40,000 nucleotides of DNA from Methylophilus sp. 14. Its GTDB lineage: Bacteria > Pseudomonadota > Gammaproteobacteria > Burkholderiales > Methylophilaceae. Below the pieces are notes generated by a model, which did no database searches, was not told the origin of the DNA, and saw only the letters and a program-made list of their open reading frames with translations. The DNA lies in NCBI RefSeq assembly GCF_015354345.1, contig NZ_JADKYS010000003.1, forward strand, positions 52,856 to 92,855, given 5' to 3'. Made by a program: the position numbers and the translations under genes. Below, one piece after another: positions 34,399 through 40,000 of the stretch; position 1 is the first letter of the stretch; every line of letters begins with the position of its first letter.

Positions 34399-35316
34399 AT
34401 GGCTCATTTGTCTTTATTATTTTCAACGATTTCACCGCTTACCGGCATGGTGCTGGCTTGTTTGCTGGGCGGTGTCTTAAGCGTCTGTGTGGCGGCGGTG
34501 TTTGCGCTCAATGCCAAAAAGCATTGGGTACCTTTGTTGGTGAGCTATGCCATTGGCGCCTTGCTGGCCGCGGTGTTTCTCGAAATCTTGCCGCATGCGA
34601 TTGAAACCAGCCCCAATATCGAGGCCATGACCGCCACCATGCTGTTCGGCGTGTTGCTGTTTTTTACCCTGGAAAAACTGGTGTTGTGGCGGCATTGCCA
34701 CGGTGAGCATTGTGAAATGCATGCCATGCATGATGAGGCGCATTGCCCTGAGTTACATCCGGAACAGCAGGCAACTAAAAAGCCGCAAGGCGCGATCAAG
34801 TTCAAATTGCCGCAGGCTGCGCCAGCGCAGGTGGTGGGGCATCATCATGCGCATGCACACGATGGTGGCCGTAGTGGCTTGATGATTATGGTCGGTGATA
34901 CTTTCCATAACTTTGTCGATGGCATCCTGATTTGTGCAGCCTTTATGGTCGATATGCAAGTTGGCTTGGTCACGGCATTAGCGATTATTGCGCACGAAAT
35001 CCCACAAGAAGTGGGTGATTTCCTGATTTTGCTGCACTCCGGCTACAGCAAGAAAAAAGCATTCTTGTTTAATATTGCGTCCAGCCTGGCGACGCTGGCG
35101 GGTGGGCTGATTGCCTATCTGGCGTTGAATCTGGTTGAGCAGTGGGTGCCGTACATTTTAAGCCTGGCAGCGGCGAGCATGCTGTATGTGGCGGTGGCTG
35201 ATTTGATTCCTGGCTTGCATAAACGCACGGCACTGCGCGATACCCTGAGTCAGATATTGTTAATTGTGTTGGGCGTGGCATCGGTCGCCCTGACCAAATG
35301 GTTGGTAGAAGGTTAA
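34399..35316 (+). CDS. ZIP family divalent metal transporter with a His/Cys-rich cytoplasmic loop
   Basis: 305 aa. ZIP signature helices (HNFVDG, IAHEIPQEVGDF). Loop HCHGEHCEMHAMHDEAHC...GHHHAHAHD. Confidence 0.8.
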   Translation: MAHLSLLFSTISPLTGMVLACLLGGVLSVCVAAVFALNAKKHWVPLLVSYAIGALLAAVFLEILPHAIETSPNIEAMTATMLFGVLLFFTLEKLVLWRHCHGEHCEMHAMHDEAHCPELHPEQQATKKPQGAIKFKLPQAAPAQVVGHHHAHAHDGGRSGLMIMVGDTFHNFVDGILICAAFMVDMQVGLVTALAIIAHEIPQEVGDFLILLHSGYSKKKAFLFNIASSLATLAGGLIAYLALNLVEQWVPYILSLAAASMLYVAVADLIPGLHKRTALRDTLSQILLIVLGVASVALTKWLVEG

Positions 35317-35328
35317 GAGAGAATCACT

Positions 35329-36663
35329 ATGCAAAGTTCGCCTAAAGTCGGGTTTGTTTCCTTGGGTTGCCCCAAAGCGGGGTCGGATTCCGAGCGTATT
35401 TTGACCCAGCTGCGTGCTGAGGGCTATGAAATCAGCAACAGCTACGAGCAGTCAGACCTGGTGGTCGTTAATACCTGCGGCTTTATTGACTCGGCCGTGC
35501 AGGAATCGCTGGATGCGATTGGTGAAGCGCTTAATAAAAACGGCAAAGTAATTGTCACTGGCTGCCTGGGGGCCAAAAAAGACGTAGTGACTGGCGCGCA
35601 CCCTAGCGTATTGGCCGTGACCGGCCCGCATGCGCTGGAAGAGGTGATGGGCCATGTGCATACGCATTTGCCCAAGCCGCATGATCCATTTGCAGACCTG
35701 GTTCCGCCACAAGGGATTCGTCTGACGCCCAAGCATTATGCTTACCTCAAAATTTCAGAGGGCTGTAACCACCGTTGCAGCTTCTGCATTATCCCTAGCA
35801 TGCGCGGCGACCTGGTCAGCCGCCCGATTGGTGATGTGCTTAATGAGGCCGAAAGTCTGGTCAATGCCGGTGTGTCAGAAATCCTGGTGATTTCACAAGA
35901 TACGTCTGCTTATGGCGTGGACATGAAGTTCCGCAAAGGTTTCTGGAATGGCCGTCCGGTGAAAACACATATGACGGAACTCAGTAAATCGCTGGGTGAG
36001 TTAGGTGTGTGGGTGCGTTTGCATTATGTGTATCCTTACCCGCATGTGGATGATGTGATTCCGCTGATGGCAGAGGGGGCGATTTTGCCTTATCTGGATG
36101 TGCCATTGCAGCACGCCAGCCCACGTATCCTCAAGTCCATGAAACGCCCGGCCAGCAGTGAAAACAACCTGGCGCGTATCAAGGCCTGGCGTGATATCTG
36201 CCCTGAGATTGCGATCCGCAGTACTTTTATTGTTGGCTTCCCGGGTGAAACCGAAGATGACTTTAAAATGTTGCTCGACTTTATGGAAGAAGCACAGTTG
36301 GACCGCGTAGGCTGTTTTGCTTATTCAGCAGTCGATGGTGCAGCGGCCAATGCCTTGCCTGACCCAGTGGCAGAAGAAATCAAGCAAGAGCGTTTAAGCC
36401 GCTTTATGGAGGTGCAGGAGCGCATCAGTGCGGCTAAAGTGGCGGCCAAGATTGGTAGCCTGCAAACCGTGCTGGTGGATGAACTGACTGAAGATGATGA
36501 CGGCAACGTGATCGCCATTGCGCGGACCAAAAGCGATGCGCCGGAAATTGACGGTATCGTCTACCTGCAAGATGCAGATGGCTTAAATCCGGGTGATTTT
36601 GTCGATGTGCAAATCGTTGACTCGCAAGGTCACGACTTGATTGGCGCGCCGCCTGAGTTTTAA
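35329..36663 (+). CDS. rimO: ribosomal protein S12 methylthiotransferase
   Basis: 444 aa. UPF0004 N-domain ([10 protein letters not shown]), radical-SAM CNHRCSFC and a C-terminal TRAM domain. Confidence 0.93.
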   Translation: MQSSPKVGFVSLGCPKAGSDSERILTQLRAEGYEISNSYEQSDLVVVNTCGFIDSAVQESLDAIGEALNKNGKVIVTGCLGAKKDVVTGAHPSVLAVTGPHALEEVMGHVHTHLPKPHDPFADLVPPQGIRLTPKHYAYLKISEGCNHRCSFCIIPSMRGDLVSRPIGDVLNEAESLVNAGVSEILVISQDTSAYGVDMKFRKGFWNGRPVKTHMTELSKSLGELGVWVRLHYVYPYPHVDDVIPLMAEGAILPYLDVPLQHASPRILKSMKRPASSENNLARIKAWRDICPEIAIRSTFIVGFPGETEDDFKMLLDFMEEAQLDRVGCFAYSAVDGAAANALPDPVAEEIKQERLSRFMEVQERISAAKVAAKIGSLQTVLVDELTEDDDGNVIAIARTKSDAPEIDGIVYLQDADGLNPGDFVDVQIVDSQGHDLIGAPPEF

Positions 36664-36685
36664 GCCAGCTGGATATAAAACACGT

Positions 36686-36713
36686 AAAAAATGCCGCAAT
36701 CGCGGCATTTTTT
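36686..36713. terminator. bidirectional intrinsic terminator
   Basis: AAAAAATGCCGC-aatc-GCGGCATTTTTT between convergent genes. Confidence 0.8.
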
Positions 36714-36727
36714 ATTGCTCATTTCGC

Positions 36728-37123
36728 TTAGGCGGTCACTGCCGGTCGTTCACAGTCGGCGCGCTCGGCAAACACATCCAGCGTAAACGGACAGCGTTTG
36801 AGTTTTTGTTGCGCTGATTTGCGTTTGCCTGTTTGTTGCAGGTTGACATAAGGGGTTTGGCTTAAACGCACATACCCTGATTGCAGCAATTTGCTGGCGG
36901 TGGTCTCAAACTGACTCAGCGGGTTATCCATATTTTGCAAGGTAATGCCTAGCTTGTGCACGGCAACCACATGGTAAATCGCGCTGGTTTGGCCTGGTGC
37001 AGCCGGTTTGCCATAAAGCTCGCCGACATGAATATCGCTGTTGGAAGAGGGGAGTTGCGTCATGGCTGCATCATATCGCGTTTGCGCGCTGGCTTCAATC
37101 TGGCCGCCGCCATTTTGCCGCAA
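36728..37123 (-). CDS. hypothetical protein
   Basis: 131-aa ORF (an internal ATG at 37063 would give 111 aa). No convincing SD for either start and no family recognised. Confidence 0.4.
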   Translation of the reverse strand: MRQNGGGQIEASAQTRYDAAMTQLPSSNSDIHVGELYGKPAAPGQTSAIYHVVAVHKLGITLQNMDNPLSQFETTASKLLQSGYVRLSQTPYVNLQQTGKRKSAQQKLKRCPFTLDVFAERADCERPAVTA

Positions 37124-37191
37124 AGGTGGATGCAGGCAGGAGTGCGGCTGCCATGTTAAAATGGCGGGCTTGAGCGTTCAGAAAGTTATTC

Positions 37192-38598
37192 ATGTCACAC
37201 CCTGTTAAAACCCGTTTTGCCCCTAGTCCAACCGGTTATCTTCATATTGGCGGCGCACGTACTGCTTTGTTCTCATGGGCGTATGCCAAGCGCCATGGCG
37301 GACAGTTTATCTTGCGGATTGAAGATACCGATGTCGCACGTTCAACGCCAGAGGCGGTACAGGCGATTCTGGATGGCATGGCATGGTTGCAACTGGACCA
37401 TGACGAAGGCCCGTTTTACCAGATGCAGCGTATGGATACATACAAAAAAATCATTCAGAAAATGCTGGATGACGGCCATGCCTACTATTGCTATTGCAGC
37501 AAAGAAGAGCTGGACGCCTTGCGTGAAACGCAAATGCAGCAGGGGATCAAGCCACGCTATGATGGCCGCTGGCGCCCGGAAACAGGCAAGACCTTGCCTG
37601 ACGCGCCCAAAGATATCCCGCCAGTCGTGCGTTTCAAAAACCCAACCACTGGTGTGGTGGCCTGGGATGATATGGTCAAAGGCCGCATTGAAATTGCCAA
37701 TGCCGAGCTGGATGACCTGATTATTGCGCGCGCCGATGGCACGCCAACCTATAACTTCTGTGTTGTTGTTGATGACTGGGAAATGGGCGTGACGCAGGTG
37801 ATTCGTGGTGATGACCATGTGAATAATACGCCGCGCCAGATCAATATGTTGCAAGCCCTGGGGGCGCAAGTGCCGCAATATGCGCATTTGTCCATGATTC
37901 TGGGCGATGACGGCCAAAAACTCTCCAAACGCCATGGTGCCGTGAGTGTGATGCAGTATCACGAAGACGGTTACTTGCGTGAAGCGGTGCTCAATTACCT
38001 GGCGCGTCTGGGCTGGTCACATGGTGATGATGAGGTATTCAGCATGGAGCAGTTCTGTGCCTGGTTTGACCTCGACCATATCACGCCTTCTGCTGCGCAG
38101 TTTAATACCGAAAAACTCAACTGGCTCAATGCACACTATATTAAAACGTTGCCATTAGAGCGCATCGCGGATGAAGTGAAGCCACGCCTGGCTGCCCTGG
38201 GCGTGACGGAGACGCAGTCCCCAGACTTGCTGGCGGTGCTGAATTTATACCGTGAGCGCGCCAATAACCTCAATCAACTGGCGAAAGAAATTGCGTTCTT
38301 CTACCAGGCGCCTACCATCAATGAGGCTGATGCCGCCAAGCATATCCAGGAAGAAACGGCTGCATATATAGAAAGTTTCTTGGAGAAGACTCAAGATTCC
38401 GACTGGGCTGCCGATAAATTACACGATGCGCTAAATCAGGTCGTGGCTGAGCAACAGATCAAGTTCCCCAAACTGGCCATGCCATTGCGGGTCGCTTTAA
38501 TCGGTATCGCGCAGTCACCCAGTATTGATCAGGTGATGTCTATTCTGGGTAAAGAGGCCTGTTTGCAGCGTATTCGCGCATTATTTCCAAAAAAATAA
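37192..38598 (+). CDS. gltX: glutamate--tRNA ligase
   Basis: 468 aa. HIGH (PTGYLHIGG) and KMSKS-type (KLSKR) motifs. Confidence 0.95.
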   Translation: MSHPVKTRFAPSPTGYLHIGGARTALFSWAYAKRHGGQFILRIEDTDVARSTPEAVQAILDGMAWLQLDHDEGPFYQMQRMDTYKKIIQKMLDDGHAYYCYCSKEELDALRETQMQQGIKPRYDGRWRPETGKTLPDAPKDIPPVVRFKNPTTGVVAWDDMVKGRIEIANAELDDLIIARADGTPTYNFCVVVDDWEMGVTQVIRGDDHVNNTPRQINMLQALGAQVPQYAHLSMILGDDGQKLSKRHGAVSVMQYHEDGYLREAVLNYLARLGWSHGDDEVFSMEQFCAWFDLDHITPSAAQFNTEKLNWLNAHYIKTLPLERIADEVKPRLAALGVTETQSPDLLAVLNLYRERANNLNQLAKEIAFFYQAPTINEADAAKHIQEETAAYIESFLEKTQDSDWAADKLHDALNQVVAEQQIKFPKLAMPLRVALIGIAQSPSIDQVMSILGKEACLQRIRALFPKK

Positions 38599-38709
38599 GG
38601 TGCGGGGATTGAAATTGGAACAAATTAGTACAATCATAGTCATTATGATGGATTGGTGTTCAAGATAATAAAAACTCCAATACGATTAAAACAAACAAGG
38701 AGCAATTCT

Positions 38710-38952
38710 ATGAATAATAAAGGCCAAATGTTACAAGACCCTTTTCTGAACGCCTTAAGAAAAGAACACGTGCAAGTGTCTATTTATCTGGTTAATGGTA
38801 TCAAGCTGCAAGGTCAAGTCGACTCTTTCGACCAGTATGTGATTTTGTTAAAAAATACAGTGACCCAGATGGTATACAAACACGCGATTTCAACCATTGT
38901 TCCAGCGCGTCCAGTGAGTCTGGCGCCACACGAAACAGCACAAGAATCTTAA
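38710..38952 (+). CDS. hfq: RNA chaperone Hfq
   Basis: ATG at 38710 with AAGGAG 7 nt upstream. [49 protein letters not shown]... is canonical Sm1/Sm2. The track ORF starts upstream, at 38653. Confidence 0.93.
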   Translation: MNNKGQMLQDPFLNALRKEHVQVSIYLVNGIKLQGQVDSFDQYVILLKNTVTQMVYKHAISTIVPARPVSLAPHETAQES

Positions 38953-38955
38953 TGC

Positions 38956-40000
38956 ATGTTTGATAGACCAAGCGGCGGAGATGCCGTCGTTCTGGTCAGC
39001 GTCAACTTTGGTGATGCTGACTACGAAGAAAGTTTGCAAGAACTCCGCCACCTCGCCGGCACTGCCGGATTGAATATCTCAGCGACGCTGGAAGGCAAGC
39101 GTCAGGCTCCCGATCCCAAATACTTCATCGGTTCTGGTAAGGCTGATGAGCTCAAGGCCTTATTGGCAGCACATGATAGCAAGGTGGCTGCCTTTAATCA
39201 TGACTTGAGCCCGTCGCAACAACGCAACCTCGAAAAACTGCTCGAAGCGCGTGTGGTTGACCGCACCGGCCTGATTCTGGATATTTTTGCCCAGCGCGCG
39301 CAGTCGCACGAAGGTAAATTGCAGGTCGAGCTGGCGCAACTGGAGCACTTGTCAACACGGCTGGTGCGTGGCTGGACCCACCTTGAGCGGCAAAAAGGTG
39401 GTATCGGTGTGCGTGGCGGCCCAGGTGAAACACAGCTGGAGCTGGATAGACGTATGCTGCGCGTACGCGTCAAGCAGTTGCGTGAAAAGCTGGATAAGCT
39501 TAAACAGCAGCGCGGTATGCAGCGGCGTGCGCGCAAGCGCTCTAACCTAATGACGGTGTCGCTGGTTGGCTACACCAACGCCGGAAAATCTACCTTGTTT
39601 AACCGATTGACGCACTCTGGCGTCTATGCGGCGGATCAGCTGTTCGCCACGCTGGATACCACCTCGCGAAAAATGCACTTGCCTGATGGCTACCCTGTGG
39701 TGTTGTCTGACACCGTTGGATTTATCAAGCATTTGCCTACCACCTTGATTGAAGCCTTTGGTGCTACGCTGGAAGAAGCGGCGCAGGCCGACTTGTTGCT
39801 GCATATTGTCGATGTGGCCAGCCCGAATCGCGACAATCAGATTGAGCAGGTCAATATTGTGCTGAACGAGATTGGCGCTGCTAATGTCCCACAGATTCTG
39901 GTGTTGAACCAGATTGACCGCATGGGCATGGCGCCCGGAGTCGACCTGGACGAATATGGTAACATCCGTACGGTGCGTGTCTCGGCACGAGAGGGTACTG
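38956..40000 (+). CDS. hflX: GTPase HflX, N-terminal ~348 codons (continues past the window end)
   Basis: Manual translation from the ATG at 38956: MFDRPSGGDAVVLVSV...RVVDRTGLILDIFAQRAQSHEGKLQVELAQL...GPGETQLE...VSLVGYTNAGKSTLFN (G1)...DTVGF (G3). Classic hfq-hflX pairing. Not in the track because no stop lies in the window. Confidence 0.9.
   Translation, partial: MFDRPSGGDAVVLVSVNFGDADYEESLQELRHLAGTAGLNISATLEGKRQAPDPKYFIGSGKADELKALLAAHDSKVAAFNHDLSPSQQRNLEKLLEARVVDRTGLILDIFAQRAQSHEGKLQVELAQLEHLSTRLVRGWTHLERQKGGIGVRGGPGETQLELDRRMLRVRVKQLREKLDKLKQQRGMQRRARKRSNLMTVSLVGYTNAGKSTLFNRLTHSGVYAADQLFATLDTTSRKMHLPDGYPVVLSDTVGFIKHLPTTLIEAFGATLEEAAQADLLLHIVDVASPNRDNQIEQVNIVLNEIGAANVPQILVLNQIDRMGMAPGVDLDEYGNIRTVRVSAREGT

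Overview
This 40 kb chromosomal window looks like a methylotrophic betaproteobacterium, probably Methylophilaceae-like. That taxon call is an inference from gene content and synteny only, not from a search.

Core backbone:
- 1-7.4 kb (- strand): the conserved block ndk-rlmN-pilW-rodZ-ispG-hisS, a SIMPL-domain gene and a truncated ABC ATPase.
- 7.6-12.1 kb: a translationally coupled fhcB-A-D-C operon (formyltransferase/hydrolase complex of the H4MPT C1 pathway).
- 12.2-15.4 kb: trhO and a GAF-PAS-GGDEF-EAL signalling protein.
- 25-40 kb: aqpZ, a PQQ-type sugar dehydrogenase, ynfA, an mliC-like gene, bamD, rluD, pgeF, a HAD hydrolase, a ZIP transporter, rimO, gltX, hfq and the start of hflX.

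The accessory region lies at 15.45-24.85 kb. Its main component is a complete chromosomal integron:
- An intact integron-type tyrosine recombinase (intI, - strand) and an attI ending in GTTAGGC.
- Eleven co-directional cassettes separated by ten attC sites, plus one internally deleted attC relic at the distal end.
- Nine of the ten full attC sites belong to one closely related family. Cassette 2 carries an unrelated attC.
- No cassette resembles a resistance gene. Most encode small AT-rich membrane proteins of unknown function.
- Cassette 7 is a frameshifted SUKH/SMI1-KNR4 gene and cassette 8 is DUF2185/Imm33-like, so both look like orphan polymorphic-toxin immunity genes; adjacent cassette 6 is of unknown function. 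Cassette 3 has no credible ORF.

Just distal to the array sits a two-gene module, an XRE-HTH protein plus a Pol-beta nucleotidyltransferase of the AbiEii/DUF1814 type, with a perfect operator-like palindrome. This is a candidate toxin-antitoxin or abortive-infection system with a non-canonical antitoxin partner.

All coordinates of repeats, starts and hairpins were counted by hand. All family assignments rest on motif recognition, not database searches.
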